Assembly (NCBI GenBank): GCA_963790305.1 | Contig: CAWBOC010000007.1 | Location: forward strand, 96,001 to 160,000 | Origin: an uncultured Gemmatimonadaceae bacterium | GTDB taxonomy: Bacteria; Gemmatimonadota; Gemmatimonadetes; Gemmatimonadales; Gemmatimonadaceae | Reading direction: 5' to 3' | DNA length: 64,000 nucleotides | Part shown: positions 1 through 8,752 of the stretch, piece by piece | Layout: each line of letters opens with the position of its first letter | Position numbering within the stretch: the first letter of the stretch is position 1 | Position numbers and translations under genes: made by a program | The notes under the pieces: model-generated | What the model saw: only the letters and a program-made list of their open reading frames with translations | The model's database searches: none | Told to the model about the DNA's origin: nothing

Positions 1-330
1 CCGTCTGGTCACGCCATGAGCTCTGCGATCGTGTACTTCACGGTCGCGTATCTCATCGCGCGGCTCGAGAAACGTCGCTGGATGCGCGCGTTGACGATCC
101 TCGCGTCGCTGCTGCTGGTGGCGTTGATCTCGGTGAGCCGCCTGTATCTCGGCGTGCACTATCCGTCCGACGTGCTGGCGGGGATGGTCATCGGGCTGGC
201 CTGGGCCGGCTTCTGCCTCGCGGGTCTCGAAGCGGTCCGAGTCTTCGGGCTTCGCTTCCGGCCACGCGTGCTCGAGCAGGAGGAGGATCTCTCGAAGCTG
301 GAGCGCGCGTCGAAGGGATTCGAACAGTGA
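1..330 (+). CDS. PAP2-family phosphatase (5' partial)
   Basis: PSGHA motif from base 1 in frame, then [13 protein letters not shown] and hydrophobic helices. Confidence 0.9.
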   Translation, partial: PSGHAMSSAIVYFTVAYLIARLEKRRWMRALTILASLLLVALISVSRLYLGVHYPSDVLAGMVIGLAWAGFCLAGLEAVRVFGLRFRPRVLEQEEDLSKLERASKGFEQ

Positions 331-1047
331 GGGCGGCAGGGGCGCGCCGGCAGTGGTTTCGCCGACGCGGAGACGTGGCGTGGACGGGCAGCTGGATCGT
401 GGGCGGCTACTTCGGCGCGTTGCTCGTCGGGATTCTCTTTGCGCAGCTCATGCGCCGCACCGGCAACTGGGATCAGGGACTCGCCTGGGAGCGGGCGTTG
501 ATGCTCCGCACGCACGTGAGATTTCCGGAGCCCCTCGATACCCTGATGCTCGTCCTTCCCTGGCTGGGGACCAACATCACCCTCCTCCCGCTCGTCGTCC
601 TCGTATCCCTGTGGTTACTCGTCAGGCGGAAGCGTCCCGACCTCGCCGCGCATCTGGTGACAGTGCAGCTGGGCAGCCTCACGCTCAATGCGCTGCTGAA
701 GGACATTTTCGATCGCCCGAGGCCTGAGCTGTTCGAGCAGCGCGGGCAGCACGCGTGGGCCGCGTTCCCGAGTGGCCACGCGATCGCGAGCGTGTCCGTC
801 CTGTTGACCGTGGCGATCCTGCTGCGGCGAGAGCGGGGATGGAGGTGGCCGATGCGTGCCGCGGTCGTCCTCCTGCTCGATCAGCCTGTACTCGCGCCTG
901 TACCTGGGCGTCCACTGGCCCACCGACATCGTCGGAGGTGTCCTCGTGGGGCTGTTGTGGCTTGCGGCAACCCATACGGCGTTTCGCGGCCCGGGCGTCC
1001 CGAAAAACGAATCGGGCGCTGGCAGCCTGCCAGCGCCCGATCCGTGA
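327..1047 (+). CDS. PAP2-family phosphatase, apparent +1 frameshift near 879
   Basis: KDIFDRPRP and FPSGHA in ORF 327..; [12 protein letters not shown] continues in ORF 856..1047; GTGA overlap with the upstream gene. Confidence 0.85.
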
Positions 1048-1062
1048 TTGCTTGCGAAGGTG

Positions 1063-1518
1063 CTATTGACGGACGAGGTTGCCGCGAATCTCGCCGCCTG
1101 CGTTGACGCTGCTGTGCACGTTGAAGTACGTGCCTCCGGCGCGTATTGCCGTGAGCTGTGCATCAGTCGCGGCGACCGTGCCTGACCCCCCGGTGGTCGC
1201 AATCGACCCGCCTGGCCATCCCAGGAGCACTCCCGCCGCCGTGTCCGGTCTGATCGGGCGATTGTGAATATGCGCAGCGGAGACGGTGCGACCCGCCGGC
1301 CAGTTCGCGATCGTGATCACGTAGTTGATGTTGTTCCCAGTCACGGTGAACGTGCCGGTTCCGGTGGCGGTCGTCGTCACCGGTGGCGTCTCGTTGGCAC
1401 CGGTCAGCGTCGCCGTGTAGACCTCCGCCTGAGGCTCGATCGGGTCATCGTCGTCGCACGCCGCGACCGTGAGACCGACGGCCAGCGACAAGAAGGCCAA
1501 GTGTCTAAGCATGCGCAT
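1063..1518 (-). CDS. CHRD-domain lipoprotein
   Basis: GGAGG RBS, lipobox VAAC, CHRD motifs LTGANE, AAHIH, YFNVHS, GGEIRG. Confidence 0.85.
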   Translation of the reverse strand: MRMLRHLAFLSLAVGLTVAACDDDDPIEPQAEVYTATLTGANETPPVTTTATGTGTFTVTGNNINYVITIANWPAGRTVSAAHIHNRPIRPDTAAGVLLGWPGGSIATTGGSGTVAATDAQLTAIRAGGTYFNVHSSVNAGGEIRGNLVRQ

Positions 1519-1552
1519 GAAACCTCCCATACGAGTGAACACAACGGGCGTT

Positions 1553-1568
1553 CGCAACAACCGCGCCC
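1553..1568 (-). promoter_or_regulatory. putative sigma54 -24/-12 promoter
   Basis: GGGCGCGGTTGTTGCG, GG-N10-GC, 35 nt upstream of the CHRD start. Confidence 0.4.
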
Positions 1569-1720
1569 AGCCGACACTGCATTGTGAAAGGGGAATTCGC
1601 GTGCGACAACTGGACACGACATCTTTTACCGCGCGTTTCTTGCTGTTCACCGCAGTGACCCGGTGGCCCCGTCGAAGCGTCGGCGCGGGCCACACCGTTC
1701 TTCTCTTTTCACCCGTGCAC

Positions 1721-2215
1721 ATGCCTTCGATTCGCTGGTTCGCTCTCTGTATCGCATTCGTCCTCCCATCGCCGCTGCTCGCGCAGGGAGCATCCCTTCC
1801 CGCGACGCGGACGATCGCCGAATACAACGTCGATGATGTCACGTTGCGCATCAGCGCCGACGCGCCGCGCGTCGAGGTCTTTCTCTGGCGCAAGCCGCAG
1901 GCGATCGTCGTCTACCTCGACTCGCGATCGATCGAGCGCTGGCTGGATTCGGCGTCCACGTTCATCGCCAGCGACGGGCGTGCGCCTAACGGCGCTCCGG
2001 TCGAACAGTCGACGCGCGTACTCCGCCACGCCGACTCGTCCTATCGCAGCGGACTCGAGCTCACGCGCCGGGCGACTGAGCGCGGCTCGCAGCTCTTCCT
2101 CACGGCCTGGGTGGGCGACCATAGCGCGGCGATGGTCCCGATGCGGAGGTCGCAGGCGCGCGGATTTCTGGCAGCGCTCCGGGAAGCCGCACACGTCGCC
2201 CGACGGCCGCGGTGA
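1721..2215 (+). CDS. hypothetical secreted protein (paralog A)
   Basis: Signal peptide MPSIRWFALCIAFVLPSPLLA-Q; shares motifs with the next gene. Confidence 0.7.
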   Translation: MPSIRWFALCIAFVLPSPLLAQGASLPATRTIAEYNVDDVTLRISADAPRVEVFLWRKPQAIVVYLDSRSIERWLDSASTFIASDGRAPNGAPVEQSTRVLRHADSSYRSGLELTRRATERGSQLFLTAWVGDHSAAMVPMRRSQARGFLAALREAAHVARRPR

Positions 2216-2327
2216 TGGGTTGGGGAGCTGGCCCTCAACCCTATGCCGCTAGAGGTGTTGCCTTTGCTGACGGAGCCCCGTCCTCTAGAGGAAGCCCCGC
2301 GCGTCATGCGCAGCTCTGGAGGAGGCC

Positions 2328-2849
2328 ATGCCCCGCTCGCTCGTTCGCACCGCTCTGCTCATCGCCTTCGTGTTCGGCGCTTCGGCGTCCGCGCAGTCGC
2401 TCGTGCCCGGACAAACGCGGATGCGCGTCGGCACGACGATGCTCACGATTGGCCCCCTTTCCAATGGCAAAGTGCTGGTGGAAGCCTGGCGAGGCATGGC
2501 TCGCATCACGGGCTACGTCGAGGCGGAGCGCCTCGCGCGGTGGACCGACAGCTCCTGGGCACTCGTGGATTCGCACCGGGGCGTCCCGCTGTCGGCCGTG
2601 ACTTACGAGTACGCCGACGGATCGAAGAAGGTCGAGTACAAGTCGCCGTACCTCTTGCTCGGCCGGTCGATGTCCCTGATGATCGACCGCATTGATCAGG
2701 ACAACGTCTCCCGGTACGCGTTCTACGCCGTCGATGGCACGCGCGAGCGGCGTGTCTACATCGTCATGACCCGCAGCGACGTGGCCACGCTGCTGGCGGC
2801 GATGCGGGAGGCGGCCACGGGACAGATAGCGGTGTCGGAGCCGAGGTAA
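2328..2849 (+). CDS. hypothetical secreted protein (paralog B)
   Basis: GGAGG RBS, signal peptide ending ASA-Q. Confidence 0.75.
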   Translation: MPRSLVRTALLIAFVFGASASAQSLVPGQTRMRVGTTMLTIGPLSNGKVLVEAWRGMARITGYVEAERLARWTDSSWALVDSHRGVPLSAVTYEYADGSKKVEYKSPYLLLGRSMSLMIDRIDQDNVSRYAFYAVDGTRERRVYIVMTRSDVATLLAAMREAATGQIAVSEPR

Positions 2850-2888
2850 GAAACCGAGGTGCACCTCGAGCACCTCGAGCACCTCTTC

Positions 2889-4157
2889 TTACCGCCTCCC
2901 GCTCCGCATCACCCTCCAGATTCGCCCGCCACGATCGTCGCTGATGTAGAGCGATCCGTCGGGCCCCACCGCGATTCCCACCGGACGGTGGCGAGCCCCC
3001 GCGGGCTGCACCGAGTCACCGGCGAACCCTGTCGCGAAGATCTCGTGCGGCCCCGCACGGCCCTTCTCGAAGGGAACGAACACGACGTTGTAGCCGCCCT
3101 GCGCGCGAGGGGCGCGGTTCCACGACCCGTGGAAGGCGATGAATGCGCCGCCCCGGTAGCGCGCCGGAAACTGCGTCCCATCGTAGAACGCGAGCCCGTT
3201 AGGCGCCCAGTGCGCCGGCATCGCCGCGACCGGTCCCTTCACGCTCGCGCAGCGCCCGACCTGCTGACCGTCGCCGCCGTACTCGGGCGCCAGGACTTTC
3301 CGCTTCGCCTGCCCGTCGTAGAAGCAGTACGGCCACCCGAAATCATCCCCGCGTCCCACGCGAAAGAGCTCCTCCGCGGGAAGCTCCGCGCTCTCGGTCG
3401 TGTCGAAATGCGCGGGCCAGTTCTGCACCAGATTGTCGCGGCCATGCTGCGCCACCCAGAGTGCACCATCGGACGGATGGATCGTGATCGCGACGGCGTT
3501 CCGGATACCGGTCGCCCAGCGCTCGCCATTGCCCTGGGTCTGCCCCTTGTTCGCTGCCTCGAAGCGCCAGATGCCCGCGCGCGTTTCAAGCTCCGGACAG
3601 GGCGCCTGCCCGGGGGATTGTGGCTGACGGTCCTGGAGCTGACAGGCGTTCGACGGCGAGCCGATGTTCACAAAGAGATCGTTGCCGCGTAACGCGATGG
3701 TCTTCGCGGTGTGACTCCGCCCGGTGGGAAGCGAACCCACCACCGTGTCCGGTGCACCCGTCGGGCGAAGCGCCCCGGGAGAAATCGTGTAGCGCAGCAC
3801 CGCCTCGTCGGTCGCGAAGAAGAGATCGGTGCCTCGGAGCGCGATGCCCGAGCCGCCGTTGTCGCCGAATCGCTCGCGCACGTCCATGCGGCCATCACCG
3901 TTCGTGTCTCGCAACGCAATGGTTGCGCCCTTCACATCGCGCGTGTTCCGGATCGCCACGAACAGATCGCCATTCGGCGCAACGACGATGTGGCGCGCGG
4001 GGCCGAGGCTGTCCGCCACGACGAGCGCGCAGAATCCCTGCGGCAGTGTGATGCCGCCGTTGGTGGTATCGCACGCGACGCGCGACCGCTGCGCTGCAGC
4101 CGATGTGGTGATCGCGGCGGTACATGTGACGGCCGCGATGATGACGGATCGAATCAT
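2889..4157 (-). CDS. PQQ-dependent glucose/sorbosone dehydrogenase family beta-propeller
   Basis: Signal peptide; [42 protein letters not shown] motifs. Confidence 0.88.
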   Translation of the reverse strand: MIRSVIIAAVTCTAAITTSAAAQRSRVACDTTNGGITLPQGFCALVVADSLGPARHIVVAPNGDLFVAIRNTRDVKGATIALRDTNGDGRMDVRERFGDNGGSGIALRGTDLFFATDEAVLRYTISPGALRPTGAPDTVVGSLPTGRSHTAKTIALRGNDLFVNIGSPSNACQLQDRQPQSPGQAPCPELETRAGIWRFEAANKGQTQGNGERWATGIRNAVAITIHPSDGALWVAQHGRDNLVQNWPAHFDTTESAELPAEELFRVGRGDDFGWPYCFYDGQAKRKVLAPEYGGDGQQVGRCASVKGPVAAMPAHWAPNGLAFYDGTQFPARYRGGAFIAFHGSWNRAPRAQGGYNVVFVPFEKGRAGPHEIFATGFAGDSVQPAGARHRPVGIAVGPDGSLYISDDRGGRIWRVMRSGRR

Positions 4158-4287
4158 GGGTCGTTCCTCGAGTGAGTCCCGCGCGACGATATTCGCGGGC
4201 GCGCGTGTTGTCGAGAGCGGAGGCTCTGGAACTCGCCCCGGCGCACGCTGTATTGTAGATAGCCCGACTCTCTTCGTGGAGCTCCCA

Positions 4288-5214
4288 ATGCTGATCAAGC
4301 GCGCCCCCGATCTCCGCGCCTCCGATATCACCGATGAGGCGACGTATCTCGATCGCCGGCGATTCATTGCGCAGGCCGGGCTCGGACTCGCCGCCGTCGG
4401 CGCCGGGGTCCCCTGGAGCGAGAGCGCGCTGAGCGGCCGGGAGGTGGAACGCCAAGGCGACGACAAGCTCACCCCGTACGAAGACGTCACGACGTACAAC
4501 AACTTCTACGAGTTCGGCACCGACAAGGACGAGCCGGCAAAGAACGCCCACACGCTCCGGCCTCGCCCCTGGTCGATCGCGATCGAAGGGCACGTCAAGA
4601 AGCCCGCCGTTTACGCCATCGAAGACTTCCTCAAGCCGCACAAGCTCGAGGAGCGCGTGTACCGCATGCGCTGCGTCGAAGCCTGGTCGATGGTGATCCC
4701 CTGGCTCGGGTTCCCGTTGGCCGACCTGATCAAGCGGGTGGAGCCGACGTCCAGGGCCAAGTACATCGAGTTCACGACGCTGCTCGACCCCCGGCAAATG
4801 CCCGGACAGCGGCGGCAGGTGCTGGACTGGCCGTACACGGAGGGGTTGCGACTGGATGAGGCGATGCACCCGCTCGCTATCCTCGTCGCCGGACTCTATG
4901 GGAAGGTGCTGCCCAACCAGAATGGCGCACCACTGCGACTTGTCGTGCCGTGGAAGTACGGCTTCAAGGGCATCAAGTCGATCGTCAGGATGCGCTTCGT
5001 CGAGACCCAGCCGCGCACCGCGTGGAACGAGGCCGCGCCTGACGAGTACGGCTTCTTCGCCAACGTGAATCCCGAAGTCGACCACCCGCGATGGAGTCAG
5101 GCCAAGGAGCGGCGAATCGGCGAGTTCCGACGTCGCGCAACTCTCCCCTTCAACGGATACGCGGATCAGGTGGCGCGCCTTTACGCCGGGATGGATCTGA
5201 GGAAGTTCTACTGA
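4288..5214 (+). CDS. msrP: protein-methionine-sulfoxide reductase catalytic subunit (Mo-cofactor, Tat-exported)
   Basis: Tat [50 protein letters not shown]. Confidence 0.96.
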   Translation: MLIKRAPDLRASDITDEATYLDRRRFIAQAGLGLAAVGAGVPWSESALSGREVERQGDDKLTPYEDVTTYNNFYEFGTDKDEPAKNAHTLRPRPWSIAIEGHVKKPAVYAIEDFLKPHKLEERVYRMRCVEAWSMVIPWLGFPLADLIKRVEPTSRAKYIEFTTLLDPRQMPGQRRQVLDWPYTEGLRLDEAMHPLAILVAGLYGKVLPNQNGAPLRLVVPWKYGFKGIKSIVRMRFVETQPRTAWNEAAPDEYGFFANVNPEVDHPRWSQAKERRIGEFRRRATLPFNGYADQVARLYAGMDLRKFY

Positions 5215-5825
5215 CGGCACCCGCGATCCCGCGCGAGGGCCAGCGGTCGCAGAGTCGGCGCTGGACGACGGTTTCACTGGTTCTCGTCTGTCTCCTCCCC
5301 GCCCTCTGGCTCGCGCGTCGCGCGTTCACCGATGAGCTCGGCGCGAACCCGATCGAGGCGCTCGAGATTCAAACCGGGCTCTGGACGCTTCGCTTCCTGA
5401 TTCTCACCCTCGCGGTCACTCCCATTCGGCGCTTCACCGGGTGGAACTGGCTCGCCAAGCACCGCCGAACGATCGGTCTCGTCACCTTCGGCTACGCGTG
5501 CCTCCATCTGTCGATGTACATCGGCCTCGACATGTTCTTCGACGTCAGCGACATCATCGAAGACGTTGCTGAACATTTGTACATCACGGTTGGGATGACG
5601 GCGTTTCTGCTGATGATTCCGCTCGCCGTCACGTCGACGAAGGGCGCGATCCGGCGACTGGGGCGACGGTGGAAAAAGCTTCACCGCCTCGTGTGGGTGG
5701 TCGCAACGCTTGGAACCGTGCATTTCCTCTGGGCCGTCAAGAAGGACATCCAGGAGCCCCTGATCTACGCCGGAATTTTCGCCGCGCTCCTGCTCTTACG
5801 GTTGCCGCGGCGGGCAAAGGCCTAG
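5211..5825 (+). CDS. msrQ: heme-binding membrane subunit of MsrPQ; start probably CTG
   Basis: LGANPIE, TGLW, RR.IGL..F.YA.LH, LAVTS, W..LHRLV; directly downstream of msrP. Confidence 0.92.
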   Translation: MTAPAIPREGQRSQSRRWTTVSLVLVCLLPALWLARRAFTDELGANPIEALEIQTGLWTLRFLILTLAVTPIRRFTGWNWLAKHRRTIGLVTFGYACLHLSMYIGLDMFFDVSDIIEDVAEHLYITVGMTAFLLMIPLAVTSTKGAIRRLGRRWKKLHRLVWVVATLGTVHFLWAVKKDIQEPLIYAGIFAALLLLRLPRRAKA

Positions 5826-5832
5826 CTCTCGC

Positions 5833-5848
5833 TGGCGTTCCCCTTGCA
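5833..5848 (+). promoter_or_regulatory. putative sigma54 -24/-12 promoter
   Basis: TGGCGTTCCCCTTGCA, close to consensus TGGCACG-N4-TTGCW. Confidence 0.55.
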
Positions 5849-5919
5849 TAGCTCGTCGGCGCTCACGCCATCCCGCGGCGAGGCCGGCGCGGGGTTCGGC
5901 CCATTCGAGGAGGAACGCC

Positions 5920-6123
5920 ATGGCCGACGTACAAGTGAACCAGAGTCCTGGGGGCGGTACTGGTAGCTCCGGCTGGATCTGGGCAATCGTGGTACTGGTA
6001 GTGGTTGCGCTCATCGCGTGGTTCGTGTTCGCCGGGGGTCCGGGTGGCAATGAGACGCGGATAGAAGTGGAGACGCCCGCAGCTGGCAGCGGGAATCCGC
6101 CGCCCGCTACGCCTCAGCCGTAA
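5920..6123 (+). CDS. small single-pass membrane protein
   Basis: GAGGAGG RBS, one TM segment WIWAIVVLVVVALIAWFVF. Confidence 0.8.
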   Translation: MADVQVNQSPGGGTGSSGWIWAIVVLVVVALIAWFVFAGGPGGNETRIEVETPAAGSGNPPPATPQP

Positions 6124-6128
6124 CAAAG

Positions 6129-6162
6129 GGGTCGGGAGTCAGGGACTTCTGACTCCTGACCC
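6129..6162. repeat. heptamer-based (GGAGTCA) inverted repeat
   Basis: gggtcgggagtcag-ggactt-ctgactcctgaccc, 14-bp stem. Confidence 0.75.
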
Positions 6163-6174
6163 TAACGGCAAAGC

Positions 6175-6205
6175 AAAACCTCCGGCTGCTTATCGCAACC
6201 GGAGG
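6175..6205 (-). terminator. intrinsic terminator of the nuclease-like gene
   Basis: cctccgg...ccggagg stem followed by TTTT on the minus strand. Confidence 0.6.
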
Positions 6206-6212
6206 CATCGCG

Positions 6213-6767
6213 TCAGGGAAGTCGGCCGGGCGCGCCCTTCACGGCATTCTGTGTCGCGGCTCCCAACTGGAACCGCCTGGCGGTGCGCGTCTTTCCGCCC
6301 TCGAGCCCCCCTGCAATAACCCCCTGCAAACGCCCGCAGCGCAGGTACCGCCGCAGCGTCTCCTCACACATCGGATACCCCGAGCTCACCCAGACTTCGT
6401 CGCGGTCGCCCGCGCCGACCACCGTCGCGCTCAGGTAGAGATACCGGCGTTCACTGCGAACGTACTCGGCGAGCGAGACCCGTAGCGCATCACCTTTGTA
6501 CTCCCGCCCACAGAACATCGGATGCAGCACCGCCGCCGGCATGTACTCGAACACGAACTCCGAGTCCGCGATCGTCAGGTTCCGCTGATCGGTGATGTGC
6601 GCAACCGTCTGCTCATGGAGCCATACGCTGCGCGCGCTCGGCGGCAGCCCGAGCTGCCCAGCCACGTGCGCAGGGATGGCACCGATGACCTGCATGCCGC
6701 TGGCCCAGCGACTGGGCCGCAGCACCGCTTCGATGTCGAGCTTCTGATGAACCCGCGTGGTGCCCAT
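6213..6767 (-). CDS. PBECR3-like (barnase/EndoU/colicin/RelE-fold) putative RNase
   Basis: Pattern IG.I...LGL...VWL....AHI...MP..V.HP.FCG...WVSSGY......LRCGRL resembles PBECR3 from memory. Confidence 0.55.
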   Translation of the reverse strand: MGTTRVHQKLDIEAVLRPSRWASGMQVIGAIPAHVAGQLGLPPSARSVWLHEQTVAHITDQRNLTIADSEFVFEYMPAAVLHPMFCGREYKGDALRVSLAEYVRSERRYLYLSATVVGAGDRDEVWVSSGYPMCEETLRRYLRCGRLQGVIAGGLEGGKTRTARRFQLGAATQNAVKGAPGRLP

Positions 6768-6876
6768 TCAGTGCTCCGGGTGGGGCGAGCGTGATGGAGA
6801 CGCACGACGAATTACCGAAGTAACGGGCGGGGTTCGGGGAGGGGTCGGCTTGCTTGGAGACACGAGCCGTTAGGGC

Positions 6877-7007
6877 AACGGCAAAGATGTCAGCTATCAG
6901 AATACAGAATTCAGAATCCAGAAACGGGCCGGGGAAGCCAGTCCTTGCTCTCGAGCCCGTTTCTGAATCCTGTATTCTGACGTCTGACTTCTGACATCTC
7001 TGGGGTT
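6877..7007. repeat. REPIN/MITE-like palindromic element (CAGAATT heptamer family)
   Basis: Left arm aacggcaaagatgtcag plus heptamers; right arm is its imperfect reverse complement; inner stem gaaacgggc/gcccgtttc. Confidence 0.8.
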
Positions 7008-7009
7008 CC

Positions 7010-8740
7010 CTACGAGCTCACCACCGCGCCTTCCGGTCGAGCCGAAACGGGAGCCTCGACGAAGTACGCGTTATACGCGTACTGCATCACCATTCTCTGC
7101 GTGTTGAAGTACGACCCGTTCACCGCAATCGCGTTTCGCATTACCTCGGCGTACGCGTACGGCAGCCCGTAGAACATCGGGAGGATGATCCGCTCCAGCT
7201 TGTCGTAGAGATCGGTCGCGTCTCCGGAGGGATCGCGCGGACGCTCGCGAGTGCCGCCGATGCCCCACCCGGTCGTTCCCTCGTGGCAGCCTTCGATCCA
7301 CCAGCCGTCGAGCACCGAGAAGCTCGGAACGCCGTTGAGTGCCGCCTTCATCCCGCTGGTGCCTGACGCTTCGAGCGGCGGAATCGGATTGTTGAGCCAC
7401 ACATCGCAGCCCGACGTGAGCACGCGGCCCAGGCTCATGTCGTAGTTCTCGAGGTACACCACGCGGACCGCGGCGCCGAGCTGATGCGACGCCTCGAAGA
7501 TCCGCTTGATGATGTCCCGGCCGTTGCCATCGCGTGGATGTGCCTTGCCCCCGTAGACGATCTGAAGCGGCCCGGTGTGCTTCGCGATCGAGCGCAGCCG
7601 CTCGAGATCCGTGAACAGGAGATCGGCCCGCTTGTATGGGGTCGCGCGGCGCGCGAAGCCGATCGTGAACGCCTTGGCGTCGAGCTGAACGCCGGTGCGC
7701 TGCACCACCTCGTCGAGCAGCGCGCGCTTGGCGCGGGCGTGCGCCTCACGAATCTCGTCGAGCGGGATCGTGCAGGCGTGACGAAGGAAGAAGTTGTCGC
7801 GCCGCCACTCGGGAACGAATCGGTCGAAGAGCTCACGGATGGGATCCGATGTCCACGTGACGGCGTGCACGCCATTCGTCACCGCGCTCATCGGGAATCC
7901 CGGGAACATCTCCTGCGACACTTCCTTGTGCCGGTGTGCGACGGCGTTGATGAATCTCGAGCACCGGAGCGCGAGATACGTCATGTTGAGCTTGCCGTCG
8001 TGCCAGAGCTCGGCGGCATCGAGCAAACCCGCGATGCGTGCGCCGAGGATCGCGCGCGCCAGGTCAGCGGGGAACGCGTCGTGACCCGCGGGGACGGGCG
8101 TGTGTGTCGTGAAGATGCACTGCCGCGCCACCGCTTCGATGTCCCCGACCGTCGGTGCGCGCTCTCCGCCGAGGCGCCGCTCGAGAAGGCTGAGGATCAG
8201 GAGCGACGCGTGACCTTCGTTGATGTGGTGCTGAAGCGGCTTGCCCGGATACAGCTGGGCCAGCAGCGCCGCACCGCCCATGCCTAACACGACCTCCTGG
8301 CAGAGCCGGTAGCGCGGATCGCCGCCGTACAGCGTATCGGTCAGGCCACGATCCGCTTCCGAGTTTTCGGGAAGATTGGTGTCCAGCAGATACACCGGTA
8401 CCTCGTGGTGCGACACACCGCGCACCGTGTACCGCCAGGCCCGAACCTGAACGGGGCGCCCCTCGATCTCGACCGTGACCCGGCCCGGAGCCTCGGGAAG
8501 CGTGTTCTCCGGAAACCACTCGGCGGGACTCTCGGACTGGTTTCCGTGCGTGTCGAGATGTTGGCGGAAGTATCCGCGGCGGTGCGCGAGGGTGACGCCG
8601 ACGACGGGCAGCGCCAGATCGGCCGCCGACCGCAGCGTATCGCCGGCGAGAACGCCGAGACCGCCGCTATAGGTGGGTAGCGTCTGCTCGAGGGCGATTT
8701 CCATCGAGAAGTACGCGACGCGAGGTGGAGCAACGGACAT
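7010..8740 (-). CDS. glgP: alpha-glucan phosphorylase
   Basis: YFSME, YSGGLGVLAGD, NEGH, FTTHTPVPAGHD, GFARR, EASGTSGMK. Confidence 0.95.
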   Translation of the reverse strand: MSVAPPRVAYFSMEIALEQTLPTYSGGLGVLAGDTLRSAADLALPVVGVTLAHRRGYFRQHLDTHGNQSESPAEWFPENTLPEAPGRVTVEIEGRPVQVRAWRYTVRGVSHHEVPVYLLDTNLPENSEADRGLTDTLYGGDPRYRLCQEVVLGMGGAALLAQLYPGKPLQHHINEGHASLLILSLLERRLGGERAPTVGDIEAVARQCIFTTHTPVPAGHDAFPADLARAILGARIAGLLDAAELWHDGKLNMTYLALRCSRFINAVAHRHKEVSQEMFPGFPMSAVTNGVHAVTWTSDPIRELFDRFVPEWRRDNFFLRHACTIPLDEIREAHARAKRALLDEVVQRTGVQLDAKAFTIGFARRATPYKRADLLFTDLERLRSIAKHTGPLQIVYGGKAHPRDGNGRDIIKRIFEASHQLGAAVRVVYLENYDMSLGRVLTSGCDVWLNNPIPPLEASGTSGMKAALNGVPSFSVLDGWWIEGCHEGTTGWGIGGTRERPRDPSGDATDLYDKLERIILPMFYGLPYAYAEVMRNAIAVNGSYFNTQRMVMQYAYNAYFVEAPVSARPEGAVVSS

Positions 8741-8752
8741 GAACTCTCCGAG

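Noticed and set aside
6160..6876. Integron cassette/attC interpretation of the CCCTAAC...GTTAGGGC ends
   Set aside because: The boxes enclose the gene ~700 bp apart rather than forming a short attC hairpin; no integrase or cassette array is seen
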